DNA from: Pseudomonadales bacterium
GTDB lineage: Bacteria; Pseudomonadota; Gammaproteobacteria; Pseudomonadales; Azotimanducaceae
Assembly (NCBI GenBank): GCA_029244465.1
Contig: JAQWQN010000201.1
Span: forward strand, 1 to 33,796
Direction: 5' to 3'
Length of the DNA stretch: 33,796 nt
Made by a program: the position numbers and the translations under genes. This document shows positions 1 through 9,166 of the stretch, piece by piece (the stretch's first letter is position 1; the number at the start of each line of letters is the position of its first letter). A model generated the notes under the pieces. It worked only from the letters and a program-made list of their open reading frames with translations. It did not search any database and was not told the DNA's origin.

Positions 1-1
1 G

Positions 2-85
2 GTGATACCGTTGTGTATGGACTATGCCGGTGTCCGACTTACCTTTAGTCTCGGTGGGTCTCAGCGCCCTAACGGTGAACGTTAG
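2..85 (+). CDS. possible 3' end of a CDS entering from the left edge
   Basis: Frame 2 is open from base 2 (VIPLCMDYAGVRLTFSLGGSQRPNGER) to TAG at 83-85, overlapping the convergent methyltransferase stop. Too short to identify. Confidence 0.3.
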   Translation: MIPLCMDYAGVRLTFSLGGSQRPNGER

Positions 86-699
86 GCGCGGCCGGAAACA
101 ATCCAGAGAGGGTCAAACCCGTTTGGGGATTGGTCACTAAACTCGACCTCTGAGAATCCGCTTTCAGTGAGATAGAACATGACGAGACGTACGCGCTCTT
201 CGGGGGGGAGTTTGACAAAAGCGGAAATGGCCTTGGTCGGAAAGAGGCGATGGGACATAGCGATACATATTTTTCCGCCCGGTTTCAGCACTCGCCGTAC
301 CTCAGCCATAACCGCCAGGGGCTGGGTGAGATATTGGATTGAGACTGCGATGGTGGCACGGTCGTAGGTGTCGGAGGCGAAGGGTAAGACGGGTGTGCGG
401 TTAAGGTTTTGCACTGCCCAGTGGGTCAATTGTCGATTGTGTGCCAGTTCGTCCTCGTTCATCCCGAGGCCGGTCACAATGTGGGCGGTTAGCTCTTCTG
501 GATAGTGGCTCACCCAGCTCGACATGAGATCAATAATGGCATCTGCGTTGGCTAGAAATTGACGGTAGTAATCGGTTAGGGCAAATATGGTCGCTTGGTC
601 GATGTGGGTGACAAACCGAGCTTCGGCGTAGAAGTGTTCGTCAGCTGATTCATCTTCTCGAGTGAACCAATTTGCAGGTGGTTGCGTGCTTTCGCTCAA
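82..699 (-). CDS. class I SAM-dependent methyltransferase (Methyltransf_11-like)
   Basis: 205 aa. Family-typical FY..ARFVTHID, IIDLMSSWVSH, LPF....YD, SIQYL, EVRRVLKPGG. TTG start overlaps the lhr stop. Confidence 0.85.
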   Translation of the reverse strand: MSESTQPPANWFTREDESADEHFYAEARFVTHIDQATIFALTDYYRQFLANADAIIDLMSSWVSHYPEELTAHIVTGLGMNEDELAHNRQLTHWAVQNLNRTPVLPFASDTYDRATIAVSIQYLTQPLAVMAEVRRVLKPGGKICIAMSHRLFPTKAISAFVKLPPEERVRLVMFYLTESGFSEVEFSDQSPNGFDPLWIVSGRA

Positions 700-3600
700 T
701 GTTTCGTCTCCAGGAAAATACTCTTGTGATCTTGGCCAACGCAGAACAGACGATCAAGCGAACCTAAGTATGGGCTTTGTTTTGACGGGGTTTTGTTAAT
801 TTTCCGTACCGAGACTCTGAGCCGACGGTTATAGACCAGATGTTCAAGCACCGAATTGATCGCATCGAGATCGTTATGGTCTGGTGGCACCAGATAGTCA
901 AGTTGGCGGCCATTGCTGTGCAGTACCAAGGCGAGTTCCCCACCGTGAAACGCCAAATAGTTACCTTGTCGACGCTGCGGCAGGTCATCCCATTTGATGC
1001 GCAAACCCGTCGGTGCCACGGGGTCTAATGCGCTGATCCAAAAATTCTCGCCCTGCGCCTGATTCGATTGTAGCGTTGAGAAATTGCGCGGCGTGATGAA
1101 CTGAGGTGTGCTCAACGCGTCGAAAAATTGGCCACTGAAAACCTCCCCCGCAAGTTCCATAATACGCAAAGCACGGAAGGCGTCACGCCATCGCCAGGAT
1201 TTGGCATCGCGTTGCAAGTTCTCTCGGAGGACGAGGTCTCGATTCAAGAAGCCATATCGGTCTAGGAGTAGCCGCACTAGGTCTTTGTCTGCTTCGAGTC
1301 TCGTCACAGGGTCCATGGGTAACGTGGTTGGCGTAAGATGCCAATAGCCAGACCATGTGCGTCCCGGTCTGCCTATTTTACGGCGGCTTGATAGATGATT
1401 TGAAGTAGACTCGATGCTGAATTTTCGTTCAAGACCTTGAATGAGCGGCTCGACGCTATCGCTCGTCAGCTCACCACGCCATACGGCTTGCCACCATTGC
1501 TCGTTGAAGTCAGCGCCGGTACTGCCTTGCTTGTCGACCACTTGTTCGTAGAGGTAGCTCGCTTGCGGGTCGGGAAACCAGGCTGCTGCTGTTGACTCGC
1601 TGTTTGTCTTGAAGAGATCTAGTTCTTCTGGGTAGGTAAATGTGATGTGGTTTTTTTCGGAACCCAGCCAAACCATGCCAAAACGCTGCAGATAGTCGTC
1701 TAACTGATGAGTTAACCAAGGCTTTAAGCGGCTTGGGAGAAAGTCGTGTAGCCAGGCGGAGGCGCTGTTGCTATAGCCGCGCATGGTTTCGAGTACGTTG
1801 AGTACATTTTGCTCAGATGCCGCGCTTGTCAGTCGATGCAGCCCGGCCCAGAAACTTGGCAACGTCGAAATGGGTCGAGCGATAAAGTCAGTCCGTCGTT
1901 GCGCGCGTTGCATCCGCATGAGAATTTCGAAGTTCTCAGCGTCACACCAGCGCATGTCCTCGGTGTCTTCGAGTAGCTGTCCGCTGATATAACGCTGGTC
2001 TACGGTCAATAAATCCGCTGGCATCGATGGTAGCAGTTCGTCGATCTGCGACGCCGAGAGTGGACCGTAAAAGGACAATATTTCTCGGGCAAGCAGCCAA
2101 GCGTTGCGAGGATCAGGGACAACGATTGCGTCCGCTATGACCTGCTTGGGGATCAGCTCAGTGGTGGTTAAAGCGTGCAGCAGTTCATCGTGACAATACC
2201 AGGCGCGACCTGCACTCTCGACTCGGTTGACCCGCGTCATCGTGTTCAAGTTGTGGCGTTGTTGGTCGGTAAGTTCCTGTTGGGGAATGAGGATTCGCTC
2301 CTTTAGCCACTCAAGCCATTCTTCGTCATCCCGCGGTTCATAACCTGGAAATGTGCGTTGGCGCTTTTGCACGAACACGTCCACAACGGCTGAGTCGAGG
2401 CGAGGGCGTAGTGTCTGGTTATGCAACGCATTAGCGATCAAATCGTCGCCTAGGACGCTGATGGCATCGTCTTCTGGCGAATCATCTGCGTACATGTAGC
2501 GGCTAATTTGGTTGAACGTTAGGTTCTGCGAAAATGGGCTAGGGCTGGGAGCTGTGATGAAACTCCACTCGATCGTGCCATGCGCTAGTTCGCCAAGACA
2601 CACTGTTAGACTCGGTAAATCAAATTCATCGTCGAGACAGGTGCGCCAAGTTTCGAGCATGACTGGAAAGTCGTCCATCGTCTTGACTTCCGTCATGAGT
2701 TTTTTGGCCTGCATGCGACTCATCCACAAGGGTAGGCGTTGGTTGAATCGTTGCTTGCTCAGGAGCAGGGCGCGGGCAGCGCATTCACGAAAACGCGCGC
2801 CAAAAAAACCGCTAGATTCAAGGCTTTGACGCAGTAACTCCGGGAGGTTTTCGTTGGTGACCAGATTGATTACCTCGTTGGGATCTACCGGCCCCTTGCA
2901 TTGCAAGACAATCGCATTGTTGTCTGCATGGATATCGAGTTTGTCGCCAAAGCGTCTTTTCCAGGCGGCACGTAGGGCAAGCGCGTAGGGTTGATTAAGG
3001 CGGCTGCCCCAATAGGTGTGGATGACCAGTTGCTGAGGGTCGTCGGGCCCTCGGTAGCCTGCCGGTCCTGTGCGGACCAGTTCAAGGAGCAGATGGTGTC
3101 GGTGTGGTAGCGGTGTCTTGGTATGCGCCCGCTGGCGCTCGAGAAATTCGGTGAGTTCGATTGCGGCGGTGGTCTCGAACCCCAGTTCATGAGTCAATTC
3201 GTTAAGTAAATCTGAGCGCTTGTGGTTGCTCAGGCGCTCCTCTTGCCTCTCCAGGTATTGTGCGATCCGTGAGGAGAAGTGGTATGAGCGGTTGTAGGTA
3301 TCACTGCGCCAAAACGGGGGCGTTGCGCTGCCCGCTTTGGCAGCTCGGACAATGACGTCATTATGCGTGATTCTGTGCACCTGCCAGTGTTGCGTGCCTA
3401 GCGTAAAGGTGTCACCGATGCTTGCTTCCCAGACGAACTCTTCGTCCAATTCACCGAGAACGCTGCCGGTGTCGAGGTGGCGCATCTTGTAGTAACCACG
3501 ATCCGGAATCGTGCCACCGGAGTTGTAGAGTGACAAAATTGCGCCGCGAGTCGCCTGCACAGTGTGATGAATTCGATCGTGAGTGACGCGCGGTTTCAAT

Positions 3601-4979
3601 TCTCTTACGCGGGAACCAGCGTAACGACCAGAGAGCATTTCTATGACTAAATCAAACTGATCACGAAGCAATCCGTGGTACGGCTGAGCGCGCGTGACAA
3701 GTGCGAAGATGTCGTCTGTAGGCCAGGGATCAGTGGCGCAGATCGATAAGATAATTTGCGCAAGAACATCAAGCGCCGCGCCCATGGGCGCGAGTGGTTC
3801 GATGTCATTGCTGGCGACCGCTTGGGCGAGCACTGCTGCTGCTAAGAAATCTTGCGCATGAGTTGGATAGAGGGTGCCTACACTTGTTTCGTCGACTTTG
3901 TGCCCTGCGCGTCCGATCCGCTGCAGAGTCGATGCGATGGACGGAGGGGACTGCACCAGCACGACTTCGTCGAGGTGTCCGATATCAATGCCCATCTCGA
4001 GGGAGTTGGTTGCGACGATGGCTTTGAGACCACCGTCTTTTAAGCGATGCTCAACTTCTGTCCGTACTTCCCGAGCGAGTGAACCATGGTGGGCATAAGC
4101 GACGGGGCCAACTTCATTTTGGTTGATTTTGAGTGTGATTTTTTCGGCGAGGCGACGGCTGTTGGTAAAAAAGAGAGTTGCGGCGTTGCCTTCGATGATG
4201 CCTTTGAAATCGTCGGACAGCGGCTCCCAGATCTTCTGACCTTGGTCGGCAGCCTGTTTCGCAGCTTCTGGAAACCGCACGTGGAAATCGATGTTTTTTG
4301 TGCCCTTGGCCTGCACAATCTCGACGTTGCGTCTGTGCCCCATTGAGTTGTACCCCGCGATATAATCTGCAACGGCTTCGAGCGGATTCACAGTCGCGGA
4401 TAGCGCGATTCGCTGAAACTCTCCGGCCAGGTCGGCGAGGCGTTCCAGATTAGTCATCAGGTGCACGCCCCGCCGGTTGTCCACGATCGAGTGAATTTCA
4501 TCCAGGATCACAGTTTCTACATGGCGCAGTGCTAGACGGCCTTTGACGGTGGTCAGCATGAGCGAGAGACTCTCTGGGGTCGTGATCAGAATCTCGGGCG
4601 GATTGCGCAACAATCGTTGTCGGTCACCCGGTGAGGTGTCGCCGCTGCGGGTGCCGACGCGGATGCGCGGATAGCCATACATCGTCTCGAGTTCTTGCAG
4701 GGGATCGAATAGATTGCGCTGGATGTCGTTGTTGAGCGCCTTCAAGGGCGATATATAGAGTACTTGGGTACGACCAGATGGGTACTCTCCGGAGGCAAAA
4801 TGACTGAGCGCGCTTAGAAACGCAGTGAGGGTCTTACCGCTGCCCGTTGGCGCCGTTGCCAGGATGTGCTTGCCAGCGGCAATGATTGGCCAGCTTTGGC
4901 TTTGCACCAGTGTGGGCTCACCGAATCGATCAGAAAACCAGTTCGCAACGCTGTCATGAAAAAGCGAGTGCATTTGCAT
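696..4979 (-). CDS. lhr: Lhr-family SF2 ATP-dependent helicase, long form with C-terminal winged-helix/AlkZ-like region
   Basis: 1427 aa. Motif I APTGSGKT, Ia YISPLKALNND, II DEIH, III SAT, HHGSL, LEMGIDIG, VI QRIGRAGH. Lhr-specific SGGTIPDRGYY and GELDEEFVWE. C-terminal LLDRYG...G.F...QF...SALDP. Confidence 0.93.
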   Translation of the reverse strand: MQMHSLFHDSVANWFSDRFGEPTLVQSQSWPIIAAGKHILATAPTGSGKTLTAFLSALSHFASGEYPSGRTQVLYISPLKALNNDIQRNLFDPLQELETMYGYPRIRVGTRSGDTSPGDRQRLLRNPPEILITTPESLSLMLTTVKGRLALRHVETVILDEIHSIVDNRRGVHLMTNLERLADLAGEFQRIALSATVNPLEAVADYIAGYNSMGHRRNVEIVQAKGTKNIDFHVRFPEAAKQAADQGQKIWEPLSDDFKGIIEGNAATLFFTNSRRLAEKITLKINQNEVGPVAYAHHGSLAREVRTEVEHRLKDGGLKAIVATNSLEMGIDIGHLDEVVLVQSPPSIASTLQRIGRAGHKVDETSVGTLYPTHAQDFLAAAVLAQAVASNDIEPLAPMGAALDVLAQIILSICATDPWPTDDIFALVTRAQPYHGLLRDQFDLVIEMLSGRYAGSRVRELKPRVTHDRIHHTVQATRGAILSLYNSGGTIPDRGYYKMRHLDTGSVLGELDEEFVWEASIGDTFTLGTQHWQVHRITHNDVIVRAAKAGSATPPFWRSDTYNRSYHFSSRIAQYLERQEERLSNHKRSDLLNELTHELGFETTAAIELTEFLERQRAHTKTPLPHRHHLLLELVRTGPAGYRGPDDPQQLVIHTYWGSRLNQPYALALRAAWKRRFGDKLDIHADNNAIVLQCKGPVDPNEVINLVTNENLPELLRQSLESSGFFGARFRECAARALLLSKQRFNQRLPLWMSRMQAKKLMTEVKTMDDFPVMLETWRTCLDDEFDLPSLTVCLGELAHGTIEWSFITAPSPSPFSQNLTFNQISRYMYADDSPEDDAISVLGDDLIANALHNQTLRPRLDSAVVDVFVQKRQRTFPGYEPRDDEEWLEWLKERILIPQQELTDQQRHNLNTMTRVNRVESAGRAWYCHDELLHALTTTELIPKQVIADAIVVPDPRNAWLLAREILSFYGPLSASQIDELLPSMPADLLTVDQRYISGQLLEDTEDMRWCDAENFEILMRMQRAQRRTDFIARPISTLPSFWAGLHRLTSAASEQNVLNVLETMRGYSNSASAWLHDFLPSRLKPWLTHQLDDYLQRFGMVWLGSEKNHITFTYPEELDLFKTNSESTAAAWFPDPQASYLYEQVVDKQGSTGADFNEQWWQAVWRGELTSDSVEPLIQGLERKFSIESTSNHLSSRRKIGRPGRTWSGYWHLTPTTLPMDPVTRLEADKDLVRLLLDRYGFLNRDLVLRENLQRDAKSWRWRDAFRALRIMELAGEVFSGQFFDALSTPQFITPRNFSTLQSNQAQGENFWISALDPVAPTGLRIKWDDLPQRRQGNYLAFHGGELALVLHSNGRQLDYLVPPDHNDLDAINSVLEHLVYNRRLRVSVRKINKTPSKQSPYLGSLDRLFCVGQDHKSIFLETKH

Positions 4980-5035
4980 GGGGAGATTACAGCACGTTTG
5001 GGTTTATCATGCCGCTTTTGCCGAACTGAGAACGC

Positions 5036-5392
5036 ATGTACGCAGTCCTCGCTTTCTTGCGGACCATAATTTGTAGCGGCGTGGCTTTTGTTGTGTGGTG
5101 GGTGTTGAGTCGATCACTTGGCGCAGACTCATTAGTGAGCCTCATGGTCCCGGTTTGGATCGGCGGTATTGCTGGCGGGGCGGTGTGTTCTATGTTTAAT
5201 GCCCGTCAAGGCATCACGCTTGCTTTCACGTGTGGTGTTTTATTGACGGTTGGGTTCTTGTACGCACGACACGGGTTGGCGGGAATGTCGCTGGGTCCGA
5301 ACACGCTGTTGACCCTTTGGCCACTTTGGTTTCCACCCGCATTTTATGGCGGCGCGTATGGTTACATTTTAATACTGCGGCGGTTGAGATGA
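5036..5392 (+). CDS. hypothetical membrane protein (about 4 TM segments)
   Basis: 118 aa, four hydrophobic Gly-rich stretches, 23 bp upstream of the next + strand gene. Confidence 0.7.
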   Translation: MYAVLAFLRTIICSGVAFVVWWVLSRSLGADSLVSLMVPVWIGGIAGGAVCSMFNARQGITLAFTCGVLLTVGFLYARHGLAGMSLGPNTLLTLWPLWFPPAFYGGAYGYILILRRLR

Positions 5393-5415
5393 GTCGAAAT
5401 GAATAGGAGCGAGCT

Positions 5416-6630
5416 GTGAGTAACCCGGTTGAGTTTTTGTCGCGCGGGCAGCGGATTTTTGTTGGGGCTGCGAGCAATGAGCCCCTGTCTTTACTGCAAA
5501 ACCTGCAGACCAGTGGCGTACCCGAAGAACTCCGGTTTATTCAGTTTCCGCTTGGGGCGATGAATTCTACGGATTTCACGGCGTTTTCGAATACGGCCTC
5601 TGTGGAGACGTTCTTCATGACGCCAACGCTCGCCAAAGCGTCTGATACGAGTCGGGTGTTCTTCAAGCCCATGCAGATGCGGTGGGTCTATGATTATCTC
5701 TTGCAGAATGTCGATGTCGCGTTAATACAAGTGGCTAGAGATCGCCATGGGGTACTTAGACTTGGACCTAATACTGACTTTATCGGTGCCGTGCTGGGTT
5801 GCGCAACAACCGTGCTCGCGGAACTCAACAACTGCATTGTGGCGCCCGCGGGGGCACCGCAGATCGCGCCGTCACAGATTAATTACTTATATGAGTCTGA
5901 ACGAGAAATACCCGAAATACCCATCCCCAATATCGATGAAGCTGCGGCGACTATCGGTGCGCTAGTAGCAGATTTGATCAATGACGGGGACTGCGTACAG
6001 ACCGGTATAGGCGCGATCCCAGCAGCTATTCTTAGTCGTCTAGACCGTAAAAATGATCTGGGTTTGCATGGGGGCTTGATCGATGATGGTGGTATGGCAC
6101 TCATAAAAGCGGGCAATGTAACCGGTCTGCGCAAGCCGATGGATACGGGGCTCCACGTGACAGGTATAGGGCTTGGCACAAAGGCGTTAATCGATTGGTT
6201 GAGTGAAACACCGGAGGTGGTCTTTCGCAGTGCGAATCACACCCATGAGGCAAGCGCCATCGCGCAATTACCCAACTTTGTGAGCATCAACTCAGCCGTT
6301 GAGATTGATCTCTTTGGCCAAGTTAATGCGGAGGTCGCAGGTGGACGGCAGATTTCCGGTACCGGCGGATCGGTCGACTTTATGCGTGCCGCCAAGCACT
6401 CCAAGGGCGGCAAGTCGATTGTAGCGCTCAACGCCACCGCTCGTGGTGGTAGCCTATCCAGGATCGTGCCAAAAGTTGAGATGGTGACTGCTTTGCGTAC
6501 AGACGTCGATATTGTGGTCACTGAGTACGGGGTTGCTGAGCTAAAGCACGCTTCGAATCAGGAGCGAGCAGAGGCTCTGATCAATATCGCAGCACCAGAT
6601 TTCCGGGACGCGCTGAAAGCCTGTCTTTAG
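5416..6630 (+). CDS. acetyl-CoA hydrolase/transferase family protein (4-hydroxybutyrate CoA-transferase-like)
   Basis: 404 aa. QTGIGAIP, SINSAVEIDLFGQVNAE, SGTGGSVDF, SRIVP, DIVVTEYGVAEL, RAEALINIAAPDFR. AGGAG RBS before the GTG. Confidence 0.9.
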   Translation: MSNPVEFLSRGQRIFVGAASNEPLSLLQNLQTSGVPEELRFIQFPLGAMNSTDFTAFSNTASVETFFMTPTLAKASDTSRVFFKPMQMRWVYDYLLQNVDVALIQVARDRHGVLRLGPNTDFIGAVLGCATTVLAELNNCIVAPAGAPQIAPSQINYLYESEREIPEIPIPNIDEAAATIGALVADLINDGDCVQTGIGAIPAAILSRLDRKNDLGLHGGLIDDGGMALIKAGNVTGLRKPMDTGLHVTGIGLGTKALIDWLSETPEVVFRSANHTHEASAIAQLPNFVSINSAVEIDLFGQVNAEVAGGRQISGTGGSVDFMRAAKHSKGGKSIVALNATARGGSLSRIVPKVEMVTALRTDVDIVVTEYGVAELKHASNQERAEALINIAAPDFRDALKACL

Positions 6631-6663
6631 TTAGCCAAAAGTTCGTATAAATCGCCGCACAGT

Positions 6664-6688
6664 GCGCACGGAGGACCGGAGCGTGCGC
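6664..6688. other. inverted repeat / hairpin with GGA-rich loop
   Basis: GCGCACG (6664-6670) pairs with CGTGCGC (6682-6688), loop GAGGACCGGAG. No U-tract follows, so function is unclear. Confidence 0.4.
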
Positions 6689-6837
6689 CTTCTCGCAAAA
6701 AGGGTGTGCGCGACTTCACGAATTCACATTGCCGATCGGACTGGATGGTCTACCTTTATTTAGAATGATCCGAAGCTTTTTGTGTCCAAGTTGCAACTAT
6801 TTGCGACCGCAGGCGCGCTAACGGATCGGAGAAAAGG

Positions 6838-7089
6838 ATGCCTCGGACAATGGAATACATCGGAATTGATCCTGCAGTTGGGTTGGAATGCGCAAGCTGC
6901 AATCACATATCCCGGTTGCCCTACAGCCAACTTTTGAATCGGGTGCTCGACGAGAGCGAGATCTATTGCGACGGATGCAGTCGCGCTATGACGCACGACT
7001 GGACCACGGTCAACGTCGTTCAGAACATTATCCGCAAACGCCTCGAGCAGGCTAACGAAGACAAAACTAAGAAGACAGGTACGGCATAA
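6838..7089 (+). CDS. small putative zinc-ribbon protein
   Basis: 83 aa with CASC and CDGC pairs. GGAG/AAAGG upstream. Alternative start at 6850. Confidence 0.7.
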   Translation: MPRTMEYIGIDPAVGLECASCNHISRLPYSQLLNRVLDESEIYCDGCSRAMTHDWTTVNVVQNIIRKRLEQANEDKTKKTGTA

Positions 7090-7105
7090 CTCGTCTCATT
7101 TCGAT

Positions 7106-9166
7106 CTAGCTGGTCGATGCGATCTGGCTTGATAGTAAGTCTAAGAAAAAAGCGTATTCTTCAGCGGTCTCTTTGAGGCGATCAAATCGTCCCGATTTAC
7201 CGCCGTGACCTGCTCCCATATTGGTTTTTAGGAGCAGGGGCGCCTCGTTCGTGCGTAGGTAGCGCATCTTCGCGACAAATTTAGCAGGTTCCCAGTAAGT
7301 TACCCGAGGGTCGTTGAGACCGGCGGTGACGAGTAGCGGTGGGTAGTCGCAGGCGCCAAGTTGATCGTAGGGGGAGTAGGACTGGATCAAGGTAAACGTG
7401 TTCGCATCTGTGATGGGGTTACCCCACTCGGGCCATTCTAGTGGTGTGAGTGGTAAGTCTGCATCGAGCATCGTGTTGAGGACGTCTACGAACGGCACAT
7501 GCGCGGCTATTGCGCCCCAAAGTTCGGGTGCCTGATTCATAGCGGCACCCATGAGTTCCCCACCGGCGCTGCCACCAGCGATCGCAATACGACCCGACGA
7601 AGTGTAGTTGCGCGCAATGAGCTGGTGGGCGCAGTCGACAAAGTCGTTAAAAGTATTGGTTCGGGCTTCCAATTTGCCGTCTAGATACCACTGATAGCCC
7701 AGATCGTCGCCGCCTCGGATGTGGGCAATGGCAAAAATGAAGCCTCGGTTCAGCAGCGATAAACGGACTGATGAAAACGACGGTGGAATCGACAGGCCGT
7801 AAGCGCCATAACCATAGAGGTAGAGGGGTGCGCTGCCGTTGAGGGGAGTGTCTTTGTGGTAGACCAAACTCAGCGGCACTGTGGTCTTGTCTCGTACGGT
7901 GAGGTTCAGACGTTCTGAGCAATAGTTTGTCGCGTCGTAGCCTGAAGGAATTTTTTGGACCTTGCGCGTTGCCAAAGTGCGCGTTGCCAAGTGATAGTCG
8001 AACACGGTGTTAGGCGTCACCATGGAGGTGTAGGTCACTTGCAACTCGTCCGTGGCGAAGTTTGGATTGCGACCCAAACCGGCGTCATACGTGTCCTCTG
8101 GAAACTCGATTCGATGTTGCTCACCGTTGGCTTGGATGATTCGTATTTGATCGAGTCCATCAATTCGTTCAAGCAGGATGACTCGGTCCTGGAGGATCAG
8201 GTGGTCAGTGAAATAGTGTCGCGCGTCTCCCGCAACGAACTTGTGCCAGTTGTCCTCAGAGGGTGCGTTCTCCGGCGCTTGATAAAGGTCAAAATTGAAG
8301 TGTTCGCGGTTTGAGCGAATCACAAACCTTCCATCGCCGTGGTCGACATGATACTCATGGTTTTCGCGGCGTTGTGAAATCAAATTCAACGGGGCGGTAA
8401 GGTTTGCCCGCGGCAAAAAGTAAACTTCATTGTGGGTGTGACCCCCTGACGAAATAAACACAAACTGCTCGGACTGGGCGAGATCGGTTGAGACGAAGAA
8501 GCTGGTGTCCGCCTCCTCGTAGATCACTGTCTCTTCAGCGGTGTCCAGACGGTGGTGCCGAACCTGATATGGACGCCACTCCTCGGACACAAGCGTGTAG
8601 AGAAAGCTTGTGCTCTCAGCATCCCACACGACTCCGTCTATGGTATTGGCGATTGGCGGGGCGAGGCTCTCCCGTGTGGCCAATTTAAGCACGCGTGTCG
8701 TAAAACGTTCGCTGCCATTGGTGTCGGCACTGTACGCGAGCTTTGTGCCGTCAGGACTGACACTGATAGAACCCAGGCGGAAAAACTGCAAACCTTCAGC
8801 CAGGCTGACCTCGTCTAGCAGGACCTCCCATGTGTTGGGCTGGGCTGCTGATGCTCTATACCAACTGCGGTATTGTGCATCTTTTGCAAAGCGCCATTGG
8901 TACCACCATCCGTTCTTCAGATAAGGGACACTTTCGTCTGCGGCTGGCTGGCGAGCCTTCATTTCTTCAAACAGCGCCTCTACTGAGTCCGTTAGACCGT
9001 CCATATACTCATCGAAATGGAGGTTCTCCGCCTGTAGGTGGCGAATCACCTCAGGATCGGAGACGTCGGGATAGTTTGGGTCCTTGAGCCACGCGTAGGG
9101 ATCCTCTACCGTGATGCCATGATGGGTAAAGCGGTGCGCTACGCGTTTGGCGACTGGCGCAGTCAC
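7106..9166 (-). CDS. ptrB: oligopeptidase B (S9A serine peptidase)
   Basis: 686 aa. N-terminal HG....DPYAWL, YGYGAYG, nucleophile GGSAGG, DPRVTYWEPAK (Asp), GAGHGGKSGRF (His). Confidence 0.93.
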   Translation of the reverse strand: MTAPVAKRVAHRFTHHGITVEDPYAWLKDPNYPDVSDPEVIRHLQAENLHFDEYMDGLTDSVEALFEEMKARQPAADESVPYLKNGWWYQWRFAKDAQYRSWYRASAAQPNTWEVLLDEVSLAEGLQFFRLGSISVSPDGTKLAYSADTNGSERFTTRVLKLATRESLAPPIANTIDGVVWDAESTSFLYTLVSEEWRPYQVRHHRLDTAEETVIYEEADTSFFVSTDLAQSEQFVFISSGGHTHNEVYFLPRANLTAPLNLISQRRENHEYHVDHGDGRFVIRSNREHFNFDLYQAPENAPSEDNWHKFVAGDARHYFTDHLILQDRVILLERIDGLDQIRIIQANGEQHRIEFPEDTYDAGLGRNPNFATDELQVTYTSMVTPNTVFDYHLATRTLATRKVQKIPSGYDATNYCSERLNLTVRDKTTVPLSLVYHKDTPLNGSAPLYLYGYGAYGLSIPPSFSSVRLSLLNRGFIFAIAHIRGGDDLGYQWYLDGKLEARTNTFNDFVDCAHQLIARNYTSSGRIAIAGGSAGGELMGAAMNQAPELWGAIAAHVPFVDVLNTMLDADLPLTPLEWPEWGNPITDANTFTLIQSYSPYDQLGACDYPPLLVTAGLNDPRVTYWEPAKFVAKMRYLRTNEAPLLLKTNMGAGHGGKSGRFDRLKETAEEYAFFLDLLSSQIASTS

